Shown here: positions 1 to 8,685 of the stretch, piece by piece
Position numbering within the stretch: position 1 is the stretch's first letter
How the letters are laid out: each line of letters starts with the position of its first letter
Assembly (NCBI GenBank): GCA_041659405.1
Contig: JBAZYK010000008.1
Span: 1-32,000 of the forward strand
From: Candidatus Altimarinota bacterium
GTDB taxonomy: Bacteria; Patescibacteriota; Gracilibacteria; UBA1369
DNA length: 32,000 nt
Reading direction: 5' to 3'
Translations under genes and position numbers: made by a program
Notes under the pieces: generated by a model
Database searches by the model: none
The model's input: the letters and a program-made list of their open reading frames with translations, nothing else
What the model was told of the DNA's origin: nothing

Positions 1-50
1 TCTTTCAACCCATCAGGCAAAAGATCCCATAACAAGTCATGTTCCAACAT
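1..50 (-). CDS. possible 5' end of a gene running off the left edge (partial)
   Basis: ATG at 48-50 on the minus strand opens MLEHDLLWDLLPDGLK... and reads out of the window. Only 16 codons are visible and no motif is present. Confidence 0.15.
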   Translation of the reverse strand, partial: MLEHDLLWDLLPDGLK

Positions 51-220
51 AGCAATTTCGTTAAATGATAATTGCTATCATTAAAACTTGATTGCGTAAC
101 TTTTTCAAACTAATTATCTACTGATCCCAAGAACAAGCCAAATTCAGATCATTGACGCCTTCCCGGTCCAGAATTTTGAGTCACGCAATATAAATTGAGT
201 TTTTGCAAATGTGCCCTTGC

Positions 221-2695
221 TTAGTCCTTTTTTTCGGGAGCAAATTCATTCTCTAACTTCTTCCCATACCATTCCACAAATTTATTCGGAGGATCGAATG
301 AAACAAATTCAGGCCAACTTTTAACTTCATTTTGAGCTTTGGTATCCCCCAAAATTGCCAAACGGACTTTATATCCATAATCATTCAAGATTTTATCTTT
401 CAAAACTTTCCGCTCACCTTTGTTGCCTTTTGCCTTGTTGCTTGCGTATTCTTCCAGATCTTCAATACGGCCTTTTAAGCCATTTAAAGTCGGTAATTTA
501 GCATAAAGTTCTTTCTTGAAACCGGGAACAAATTTCTCCACATCTTCAAAATCACCATTATCTACACCAATTGCAAACGGACGTTGCTTTGCTGATTCAC
601 GCAGCAAGTGAGTGCCATTTTTATCAACGGCAGTTCGATATTTGTTAGTCAAATATTCACAGATTTTATTGATAGATCCGGTATCGTTTCCATCAACAAA
701 AAATTTCAATCTGAACATTTCTTTTTGAGTATCGTTCATTGCAGCATAATCAATCTTGTCATTTTGACCAAACAGGTCTGCACCTTCACCAATTTTCTTG
801 TCCTTTTCGTCATCTTTGCCAACTGTAGAATTAAGTTTTGCAAGTTTGAACTCGGTAGTGCCCGGAAGTGGCATGCTCACTAAAGCAGTTGCAATGTCCT
901 CGCGGTAAAAACTTTTTCCTTTTTGCATCGCAAAAGTTGTAATATTTTGTAGAGCCAGTTGGGCATCATCATAATTTACATCACCGGGTTTGTAATTGGT
1001 CTTTAAATAATCTTTCAAAAATTCCTGCGCATTCGTTAACGCACCGTCGATTCCGGCCTGGAAAGCTTCATCTCCGGGAACCATGCCGGTTTTATTTTCA
1101 GCAACCAAATAAATTTTCTGCTTTCCGCCCACCGCTTCATCAACAAAATATTTAACATTATTTTTTTTGTAATGTACAGGATCTTTATCCGCTTCATGAA
1201 AAGCCTTAATAAACCCGGGAGCTTCATCTTTAGTTGTTCCACGCACATACTGATCAAACTGTTCAGTGGTAATCATCTTTTGTTCCAATTTTTCCTCTAC
1301 ATATTTTTTAAAATCGGCTTCAGTTGGTTCTTTACCTTTATTATTACCATTCCACCAACCCGTAAAAAAGTCCGAGGTTGCCTTCCAGCCCTGTTTTGCG
1401 TACTCTTTTCCGCCTCTCCAGCCTTTGCCGGCATACTCTTTTCCGGTTGCCCATGCGGCTCCTGCGCCCATTACAGCACTATTGTAACCTCTTTCAGCCA
1501 ATCCCTGAACACTATCCGCCATTTGACTCAAGGTACTACCGGGCAGATCAAGCTGTTTGTCTTCAACCAATTCGTTGGTTACAACTTCGGTCCATTTTGC
1601 CGGAGGATTCCAGTTTTTATATTTATCTCTCAAGTTCACAACGTGACCATCAACCGAGCGACCATCATATTTACTAAAGAAAACATCCAATGCTATAAAG
1701 ATTTGTTCCGGCTTCATGTCGCTCTTACTTACCGATCCCATGTCGATGGAAGTTTTTCCATGAGCTTTGGCGTCCTTGTATTTTTCAGCCAAATAATCAA
1801 AAGGCTTATCACCAAGATAGACCGTACTGTCCCTTAAAATCATGGCCTTTTCTGTGCTGGTTTTAAAAGCTTTGGTCCAAAATTCAGGTAGAGCGGTTTT
1901 TTTTGTGACGGCCTTGTTTAAAGCATCAAGCGGACCTTCGCCTGTGGCCAATTTGAAAATTTTACTACCAACATAAATGCCTCCACCAAGTTTTAATATG
2001 CCAAAAAGTGATTCCTTGATTTTTTTGACATTTTCGTCATCAGACTGCAAGAACATTGCTGTCGCAAGCAAAAGGCCACCAACCACCACAAACTTTTCGG
2101 TTCCGTCCATTTTTCTAAAATTTGTTTGCAGATTTTTGTATAGACCGGCCATGTCTTCGGTCAGTGTTGTGCCAACTTCGGTCTTTTGTTCCTGCAGAAT
2201 TTGAGCCATAGCATCCTGGCCTTTTAAATAACGATCAAGATATCTGCGATGAAAATCATATTTATCAAATGCCTGGCTCATCTTTGTTCTTAGGCTTTCA
2301 GCTTGTGTGCCCGTGATTTTTTTATCATCAAGCACTTTATCCAGATCGGAGTCAAAAACAGCTCTATCTTGTACATTAAACAATTTTGGCATCTGCCATT
2401 CTTTAATTTTAGTTTCAGCTTCCTGCATAACAGCTAAATCCGGGCCAGCAGGTTCGTATTTTTGTACATATTCAATTGCCGTGGAAAGATCAAAAGATGG
2501 CTTATCCGCACTATTATCAAAAAAGTTTTCTTTGTTGATGCCTTTCTGCTGCAAAAAGCTTTCCGCTTCACGGAATTTTGAGCTTACTTTTCCTTCCGGT
2601 TTGGCAGCTTGTTCAGGCAATTTCCCCGCTTGTTCTGGAGGAGTTACCACATCAACCGGTCGCACAATTTCTGGATTTGGATTTGTCTCACCCAT
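221..2695 (-). CDS. hypothetical protein, 824 aa, K/E/D-rich, one short hydrophobic segment (FVVVGGLLLATAMFL)
   Basis: Long uninterrupted ORF with an ATG start. An extended -10 promoter lies 24 nt upstream. Plus-strand ORFs inside it are low-complexity shadows. No catalytic motif recognised. Confidence 0.8.
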   Translation of the reverse strand: MGETNPNPEIVRPVDVVTPPEQAGKLPEQAAKPEGKVSSKFREAESFLQQKGINKENFFDNSADKPSFDLSTAIEYVQKYEPAGPDLAVMQEAETKIKEWQMPKLFNVQDRAVFDSDLDKVLDDKKITGTQAESLRTKMSQAFDKYDFHRRYLDRYLKGQDAMAQILQEQKTEVGTTLTEDMAGLYKNLQTNFRKMDGTEKFVVVGGLLLATAMFLQSDDENVKKIKESLFGILKLGGGIYVGSKIFKLATGEGPLDALNKAVTKKTALPEFWTKAFKTSTEKAMILRDSTVYLGDKPFDYLAEKYKDAKAHGKTSIDMGSVSKSDMKPEQIFIALDVFFSKYDGRSVDGHVVNLRDKYKNWNPPAKWTEVVTNELVEDKQLDLPGSTLSQMADSVQGLAERGYNSAVMGAGAAWATGKEYAGKGWRGGKEYAKQGWKATSDFFTGWWNGNNKGKEPTEADFKKYVEEKLEQKMITTEQFDQYVRGTTKDEAPGFIKAFHEADKDPVHYKKNNVKYFVDEAVGGKQKIYLVAENKTGMVPGDEAFQAGIDGALTNAQEFLKDYLKTNYKPGDVNYDDAQLALQNITTFAMQKGKSFYREDIATALVSMPLPGTTEFKLAKLNSTVGKDDEKDKKIGEGADLFGQNDKIDYAAMNDTQKEMFRLKFFVDGNDTGSINKICEYLTNKYRTAVDKNGTHLLRESAKQRPFAIGVDNGDFEDVEKFVPGFKKELYAKLPTLNGLKGRIEDLEEYASNKAKGNKGERKVLKDKILNDYGYKVRLAILGDTKAQNEVKSWPEFVSFDPPNKFVEWYGKKLENEFAPEKKD

Positions 2696-2718
2696 ATCAA
2701 ATTAAAATAAATCTTTAT

Positions 2719-2727
2719 ATTATAGCA
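2719..2727 (-). promoter_or_regulatory. extended -10 promoter TGCTATAAT for the 824-aa gene
   Basis: The minus strand reads TTTTTTGCTATAATA (plus 2718-2732). The same 15-mer occurs at 8649-8663 upstream of the 951-aa gene. Confidence 0.5.
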
Positions 2728-2824
2728 AAAAACGCCCTTTTCAGCAATGCACCAGCCACAAAACCGCACTAAAAAACTTGCAAGAATGCAAAAGTATGGC
2801 AAATAGGGCGAAAAGGACAGAAAA

Positions 2825-3247
2825 TTACTTCCCCGAAGCCAATTTCTTACGAAGAACCTCAATATCCTGCTCGTTTTGGGAGGTGCGGGAGGATTTAAGG
2901 TCGGTCATAAATTCATCTTCGGCCTGACCAAGCTCTTTTTTCATATTTTTAAGATCATCCTGATCAAGTTCTTTTTGTTTTTGAACGGCATTTTCCAACA
3001 GGGGAACCGCCTTTTTTTGTGATTCCGCAAGTTCGGCCTTTTTAGAAGCCAAATCTGCCTCATTAACTTTTACGGCAAACTCCAGTTTTTCCGCATGATC
3101 ATTAAGTTCCTGCACAAAAGCTGCTGCAGCCACTTGATCAAAATCACTATTTTGAAGCCGCCCAGCCCAATAATTTTTGCGCTCTTCCGAAAGCCCGCAA
3201 TCATCAAGCATCTCTGTAAAACTTTGAATTTGTTGAGGAGTAATCAT
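2825..3247 (-). CDS. hypothetical small acidic coiled-coil protein, 140 aa
   Basis: ORF with ATG start, same strand as and tightly spaced with its neighbours. E/K/Q-rich heptad-like sequence. Confidence 0.7.
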   Translation of the reverse strand: MITPQQIQSFTEMLDDCGLSEERKNYWAGRLQNSDFDQVAAAAFVQELNDHAEKLEFAVKVNEADLASKKAELAESQKKAVPLLENAVQKQKELDQDDLKNMKKELGQAEDEFMTDLKSSRTSQNEQDIEVLRKKLASGK

Positions 3248-3314
3248 AAGGAAAATTTATTTAATTCTATTTAAAATGTTGGTTAACGCACTTTTTGCGG
3301 CTTTCCCCCTGCCT

Positions 3315-5333
3315 TTAAGATTTTTTGGTTGTAGGTTCAGACGATTGCGCCTTTGCCTCAGGTGCAGCCGATTGTACAGGCGCGGGTTTTGATGCAGTGG
3401 GCGGTTTGCTTAATTCATCCTTGGTAATAGCTATTCTTTCGTCAGTGGTTTTCCCAGCAGTAGCGGCATCAGCAAGTGGCGCGGGCGCAGGAGTTGGCGC
3501 AGATGTTGCGGCACTCGAATCAGGCACTGCGGCCGGAGTTGGAGTCGCAGGCTGTTTTGGTGCGCCAAACGACGCAATAAAATCCTTCGACAGTTTAAAA
3601 GAAGCTGGAGCCTGTGGAACATAATTTAGACCATCAGCAATTTTCACAGGTACTGGAACAGATTCTTTAGCAACTGTCGGAGTATCAAATAAATCAGGCA
3701 CCGTTGGTGCCGGAGCCTCAACCACAACAGGCTCGGTGATAACTGCCGGAGAAGTATCTATCAGCCGTTTAAGATAATCAAAATGAGTAATCAGATTCAT
3801 ACCTTTCATTCCAAGTCCTTGTAAACGAGCGGCGGGGGAGTCATCTTTTTTTGCTGCAGATTGCTGAGAAATATTCATTAAATCTTCAAAATATTTATTT
3901 AATTCATCTACACTTCCACCTTTACCTTTTTGCATATATTTTTCAACTTCCTTAACTACTTTTAAAATATTATCAGGATTTATTGGTGTAACAAAGAAAT
4001 CCTCATTGAGTGCTCCCTTTTTTCCATCCAATTTTCCCGTAAACAAAAACTTCAAAACAATAACATCGGGATCATCTTTTGGAAGATCCACATTTGGGTC
4101 TTTGCGTAGCCAATTTAAAAATTCCGTATTATTATTTCTTAATTTCATAATAAGGCCCTCCACTTCTCCACTTAGTGGATCAGTTCCAAAAAATTCTTTC
4201 CAGCGTTTTGCAACAGCAAACTTTTCCGCCGCGATTTCTTTTTTATCTACAGGAACAGTATATGCAGTTTTATCCTCTATGGTTTTGTATTGATTAGCTT
4301 CACTTGGCATGACCTGCATAACGCCTGGCTTAATACCCAAAACCTGGTTTAAATAATATTCCATGTAAATAATGCCATTTTTTTCGCCAAATTTTCTAAC
4401 TCTTTCCCTCAGCGCTTTAATATCCTTGTCATATTCTTCCGGATCCATTTCCGCTTTATTTGCTAACAACAAACCAATTTCCGATTCGGGATCTTCTTTT
4501 GAGCCAAAATTTGCTTTGAAAATTCCCAAACCGCGGTCTTGTAGCGTTGTTATTTCTTCCATGGCCATTTTCAGCTCTGACTTTTTTCCCTCATTTTTTT
4601 TCTGAGCTTTTGCCAGTGCTTTTACAGTATTCTTTTCATCATAATGTTTTCCGGCTTCCTGTTTTAATGATCGTGCCGCAACCCTTACCCATTCACCGGA
4701 AGTAAACCAATTACCTTGTGAATCCTGGATAAATCCAGCCATATCTTTAGCCAGTTTTCTGGTATTTTTCTGACTTACTTTTAGTAATTTAATGCGAAGT
4801 TCATACTTTCTGATTTCAGCCTCTTTTTCTTCAACCTGTTTCATTAATTCATCCAATTCTTGGACATCTAAGCGCTTATTACGCCATAAAAGTCGGTTTT
4901 TAACGGTAACTTTGGTTTTTTTGTGTAAACCCGCAGGCGCATGGCTAAGACGTTTTTTCTTTTCGTCATCTTCCATTTCATCAGGATCCTTTTCATCATC
5001 GCCAACGGTACCATATTGCCCATTGTCGTTTGCCGGACGATATTTTTTATCAATCAAAATAACTCTACCCTTATATTGCTTTATGGCTTCACTATCACGC
5101 TTGGAACGAGCTTTTGCTTCAAGATCAACTACTTTAGCCATCACCCTGTCGTAGATTTTTCCTGAAGCTGCGCCATAACTTTCAGCTTCGTTTTGGGCAT
5201 CTTCAATAAGCTCATTAAACCGCTCACTGTTATCGTGAGCTTTTACAGCCTTTTTGGCCGTTACTTCAACGAGTTCATTTAGGTATGCCTCTTCGTGATT
5301 AGGGGCGTTTTGTGCCACTGATTCGTGTTTCAT
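3315..5333 (-). CDS. hypothetical protein, 672 aa, with a C-terminal Pro/Ala/Thr-rich low-complexity tail of about 110 aa
   Basis: Long ORF with ATG start. The C-terminus reads ...PAPTVPDLFDTPTV...PATPTPAAVPDSSAATSAPTPAPAPLADAA...SKPAPVQSAAPEAKAQSSEPTTKKS. The tail region is locally GC-richer. Confidence 0.8.
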   Translation of the reverse strand: MKHESVAQNAPNHEEAYLNELVEVTAKKAVKAHDNSERFNELIEDAQNEAESYGAASGKIYDRVMAKVVDLEAKARSKRDSEAIKQYKGRVILIDKKYRPANDNGQYGTVGDDEKDPDEMEDDEKKKRLSHAPAGLHKKTKVTVKNRLLWRNKRLDVQELDELMKQVEEKEAEIRKYELRIKLLKVSQKNTRKLAKDMAGFIQDSQGNWFTSGEWVRVAARSLKQEAGKHYDEKNTVKALAKAQKKNEGKKSELKMAMEEITTLQDRGLGIFKANFGSKEDPESEIGLLLANKAEMDPEEYDKDIKALRERVRKFGEKNGIIYMEYYLNQVLGIKPGVMQVMPSEANQYKTIEDKTAYTVPVDKKEIAAEKFAVAKRWKEFFGTDPLSGEVEGLIMKLRNNNTEFLNWLRKDPNVDLPKDDPDVIVLKFLFTGKLDGKKGALNEDFFVTPINPDNILKVVKEVEKYMQKGKGGSVDELNKYFEDLMNISQQSAAKKDDSPAARLQGLGMKGMNLITHFDYLKRLIDTSPAVITEPVVVEAPAPTVPDLFDTPTVAKESVPVPVKIADGLNYVPQAPASFKLSKDFIASFGAPKQPATPTPAAVPDSSAATSAPTPAPAPLADAATAGKTTDERIAITKDELSKPPTASKPAPVQSAAPEAKAQSSEPTTKKS

Positions 5334-5364
5334 ATATTTTTGTTTTAATTTTTATATTTGAGAT

Positions 5365-5724
5365 TTAGTTTTTCTTCGCCCTTTCCATGGCCTTGGCGAT
5401 TTCGCTGGAGTCGTAGGTCAATTCCTGGTAGAGGTCATCAAGTGATTTTTCAAGATGTGCCTCCATTTGTGGAACTCCTGCCGCCACTGTCATCAAAGCT
5501 TCAAAATCTTCCATTTTTGGATTTTTCTGGAGCAGATCGGCAACTTCGGCAACCTCTTTATCGCTAAAGTAGCTGGTTACAGTCGCAATAATGCGATTGG
5601 TGGTCCTTACCGCAATTGCTTCTTCCAGTTCTTCCAAAATTTCTGGAGTGGCATCGGTAAGTTTGCAGCCGGCAATAACTTTTTTTACGTATTGCACCAG
5701 GTCGAAGTTTTCAATTTTAGACAT
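5365..5724 (-). CDS. hypothetical small acidic protein, 119 aa
   Basis: ORF with ATG start, 31 nt upstream of the 672-aa gene and 36 nt downstream of the 951-aa gene. Acidic helical composition. Confidence 0.7.
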   Translation of the reverse strand: MSKIENFDLVQYVKKVIAGCKLTDATPEILEELEEAIAVRTTNRIIATVTSYFSDKEVAEVADLLQKNPKMEDFEALMTVAAGVPQMEAHLEKSLDDLYQELTYDSSEIAKAMERAKKN

Positions 5725-5760
5725 AAATTTTTATTAAAATTTTTATAAATAAGAAATATT

Positions 5761-8616
5761 TTAATGACTTTCCGGTGGCTTGTGCTCGTCCGGCTTAGGG
5801 GATTCAGCTCCACCATGCGCGGGCAACTCCTTGGCCTTTTTGCTGCCCTTTAAACCTTTTACAAAATTAATACCAGCTTTCCCCATGTCATATATTTCTT
5901 TTGCCGCTAATGCTTTTCCAAATAATTTCCAGGCATTTGTTAAAGTCTTAGTAGCAAAATGATGGAGCAGCGCTTCGCCACTTAAACCATGAGCTTTTGC
6001 TTCTTCATATTCTTTAATAATTGTGGCTTTTTGTTCAGCCTCAAGCACATGCGGAGAAAGCGTCCTCAATTTCTTATATAAATTCTTTTCGATATCCCCA
6101 CTCTGTTTTTGTTCAAGCTCAACTTGCGTCTTTACATGCTCCAGCATACGCACGGAAATCTCCTTTTTCTTATCATCTTCATTTTCCGGATGTTCCGCTT
6201 TGTAAATGCTTTGGCGCGTAATAAGTTCAGCTTCGGCAATGCGAACGTTATTGATAAGGACTTCAATATCCCAATCAAAATCATAAATTTCCACAGTTCT
6301 AGAGTGTCCATGCCCTTCATCGATCTTTTTATATCTAAAGATGCTTTCAAGACCTTGAGCAAATTCACGCAGTTTTTCCGCATCCATTGGGTGCTCGTTT
6401 AAAATATTGCGAATATCCGCAACAGTTGAGTGTTTTGTAAGATGTCTAAAATGGATAAGGTCGTCCTGGGCAATCGTTTCAATGGCATCCTGAGCCGTAT
6501 AGACGTTGGAGCTAAAGCGATTTTTTTGGATAAATTGCGTTTTGCGGCGCAACCAGCCTCTAAAGCCACCCATATTAGCCTCGGCCAGTTCATTATTGGC
6601 CGCCCCATGAACCCCGGCAGAACGCGCATCCGCAACCGCCAAATTGGCAGCAATATTTGCATATCGATCATTCATTTCCGGATTGGTAACACCCCTTGCC
6701 TCAAAATCCTGTTTCTTCAACAAGAACAAAAGCTGACGCGGCGTAGCCTTGCTCTTTGGATTGAGGTATTCCTTGTGTGTTTTGATTTCTTTTTTGAGCC
6801 TTGCTTGAAAATCTTCGGTAAATTTTTCACTGAAGAATTTAAAAAATCCAGAATCTGGTTGTGAGGAAACAACAGGTGCCGCAGTAGCTCCAGCTGCAGC
6901 AGGAACGATTGGAGGAAATAATTCAACACTTGTTGTTAGATTTGATGTTGATATTGCTATTAACTGATTCAGTCGTGGATCTATTTTGCTCGGTTCGTAA
7001 TCCACTGGAGGAGTTTTCGTCTTATCTTCTTGAATATCCTTATCAATTTTTGTTGTGCATGACTCACTATCAAAAACAGATGTAATTATTCCCGCTGCAC
7101 GTTTGAATTTACCCTCAAGCGCATTTACTTTTTTCAAAAGCTCTGATTTTTTTTCTCTTGCTGCCTTTAGGTTAGTCTCAGCATTTAAGAGGTTTTTTGC
7201 AACATCTGCCGCCGTTTGTCGTGCATTTGCCTGCATCTGCGCTGTGACTGGCCCCCCAGCGACTGCTGGTGTTGGTTTTGTTCTAGCTGAATTATAAGTT
7301 TCTTCAGCAGTTGCAAAGTTTTCATTTACCATTGAAGCTTCACCATAAGCCCCGATCAACTCTTGCAAATCTTTCTCATCAAAAAGAACCTTTTCCTGTT
7401 CTTCGATTTGCTCTTTTAGCTTAATCGATTCCGGCGTTTCTTTTCCTTCTTCAGTAGGTTTCTTTTCCTTGCTCGAAGGCAAGGCTCCATAAATTTTATT
7501 AAGTTTTTTTAGTAATTCAGCAGCACCCTTGGTTTTATAAATGTGTTCAAGTTCTAAAAGGAGTGCAGCATTATCAGCATTTTTAATGTTATACAAAGTT
7601 TCACCATTTGGAGTCTTATCTTTAAAAATTCTCTCAAATAGAACTGTATATGCTTCTTTTTCATCTGAACCATCGGCCCCATCTTTCAAAACATCCCTGA
7701 ATTTTTTGAGTTTATCGGGATCATGCCTGTCTTTACTAAACATTTTCGCTCTTTCCTCTGTTTCGATTTTGCGTAAAGCTACAAATTTATCGAAAACGTA
7801 TCTAAGGTCCGAATTTTTTGGGCCAAAGATAAAGAAAGTATCTCCACCCAGGTTGTAAGTCGTTTCTGAAATTTTTTTCAGCTGTGTATAAGTTAGACCC
7901 TTTAAAGAAACTAACAATTTACCAATATCAGATACAGGCGCAATACCAACCACTGCCAACATACTATTGACCGTCGTAGAAGCATTATCTAAAACATGTT
8001 CTAGATGGCTGCTCATGGATTTCATTAAACTCTCCTTCATCGCATCCAGCCCTCGGTTATTGCCAAAGTCTTGTTCTATTCGGCTGTCTACCATGTCGCC
8101 CTCTATAAAAATATTGCTTTTAATCTCTGGTCTTCCTTTGTACCTGTTATAAATGTTTACAAAAAAATCAATAAGGCCTTTAGGTACAATCTTGCTTTTT
8201 CCCTTTACAATCGCATGTCCGGCTTTGGTAGTTTTTTCCATAACCAAGCCTTTATCCCCAACTTCATGATGCATGCTTTTATGAACACTATGCTCAGAAA
8301 CCATTTTATCTCCGTGCTCAACAAAATCACGCAAACGTTTATGCATGCGGGCTTCCAAAATCTTGTCGCCAAAGTGGTGGCCAAGCGCGGCTGCAACATC
8401 GCCATGTACACCAAGTTGTGTATTGGTAACGTGCTTTTTGTCAGGTGAAGCATATAGCCGATCTATTCTTTCCTGACGCGCCAATTCAACTTCATGCAGC
8501 GCTTCATTCAGATGTTCATCATCCGGATTTGGTGGCGTGGATGAGCCATGGCTGAAAACCAATCTTTTAGGAATGGTGCATGACGATAGCGATTTATTTT
8601 TGCAGAAAAGTAGCAT
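5761..8616 (-). CDS. hypothetical protein, 951 aa
   Basis: Long ORF with ATG at 8614-8616. The promoter TGCTATAAT lies about 35 nt upstream. His-rich N-terminal third and K/E-rich remainder. No recognised domain. Confidence 0.8.
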   Translation of the reverse strand: MLLFCKNKSLSSCTIPKRLVFSHGSSTPPNPDDEHLNEALHEVELARQERIDRLYASPDKKHVTNTQLGVHGDVAAALGHHFGDKILEARMHKRLRDFVEHGDKMVSEHSVHKSMHHEVGDKGLVMEKTTKAGHAIVKGKSKIVPKGLIDFFVNIYNRYKGRPEIKSNIFIEGDMVDSRIEQDFGNNRGLDAMKESLMKSMSSHLEHVLDNASTTVNSMLAVVGIAPVSDIGKLLVSLKGLTYTQLKKISETTYNLGGDTFFIFGPKNSDLRYVFDKFVALRKIETEERAKMFSKDRHDPDKLKKFRDVLKDGADGSDEKEAYTVLFERIFKDKTPNGETLYNIKNADNAALLLELEHIYKTKGAAELLKKLNKIYGALPSSKEKKPTEEGKETPESIKLKEQIEEQEKVLFDEKDLQELIGAYGEASMVNENFATAEETYNSARTKPTPAVAGGPVTAQMQANARQTAADVAKNLLNAETNLKAAREKKSELLKKVNALEGKFKRAAGIITSVFDSESCTTKIDKDIQEDKTKTPPVDYEPSKIDPRLNQLIAISTSNLTTSVELFPPIVPAAAGATAAPVVSSQPDSGFFKFFSEKFTEDFQARLKKEIKTHKEYLNPKSKATPRQLLFLLKKQDFEARGVTNPEMNDRYANIAANLAVADARSAGVHGAANNELAEANMGGFRGWLRRKTQFIQKNRFSSNVYTAQDAIETIAQDDLIHFRHLTKHSTVADIRNILNEHPMDAEKLREFAQGLESIFRYKKIDEGHGHSRTVEIYDFDWDIEVLINNVRIAEAELITRQSIYKAEHPENEDDKKKEISVRMLEHVKTQVELEQKQSGDIEKNLYKKLRTLSPHVLEAEQKATIIKEYEEAKAHGLSGEALLHHFATKTLTNAWKLFGKALAAKEIYDMGKAGINFVKGLKGSKKAKELPAHGGAESPKPDEHKPPESH

Positions 8617-8649
8617 TTTAGTGTTGGTTTTTGAGAAAAATATCTAACT

Positions 8650-8658
8650 ATTATAGCA
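8650..8658 (-). promoter_or_regulatory. extended -10 promoter TGCTATAAT for the 951-aa operon
   Basis: The minus strand reads CGGCTTTTTTGCTATAATAGTTA. The 15-mer TTTTTTGCTATAATA is identical to the site at 2718-2732. Confidence 0.5.
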
Positions 8659-8685
8659 AAAAAGCCGTTAGTATGCCTCAAAACC

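Noticed and set aside
1172-1837. 221-aa plus-strand ORF, together with the other plus-strand ORFs listed between 608 and 2772
   Set aside because: They lie fully inside the 824-aa minus-strand gene. Their translations are low-complexity F/S/L-rich, as expected for antisense shadows of a K/E-rich gene.
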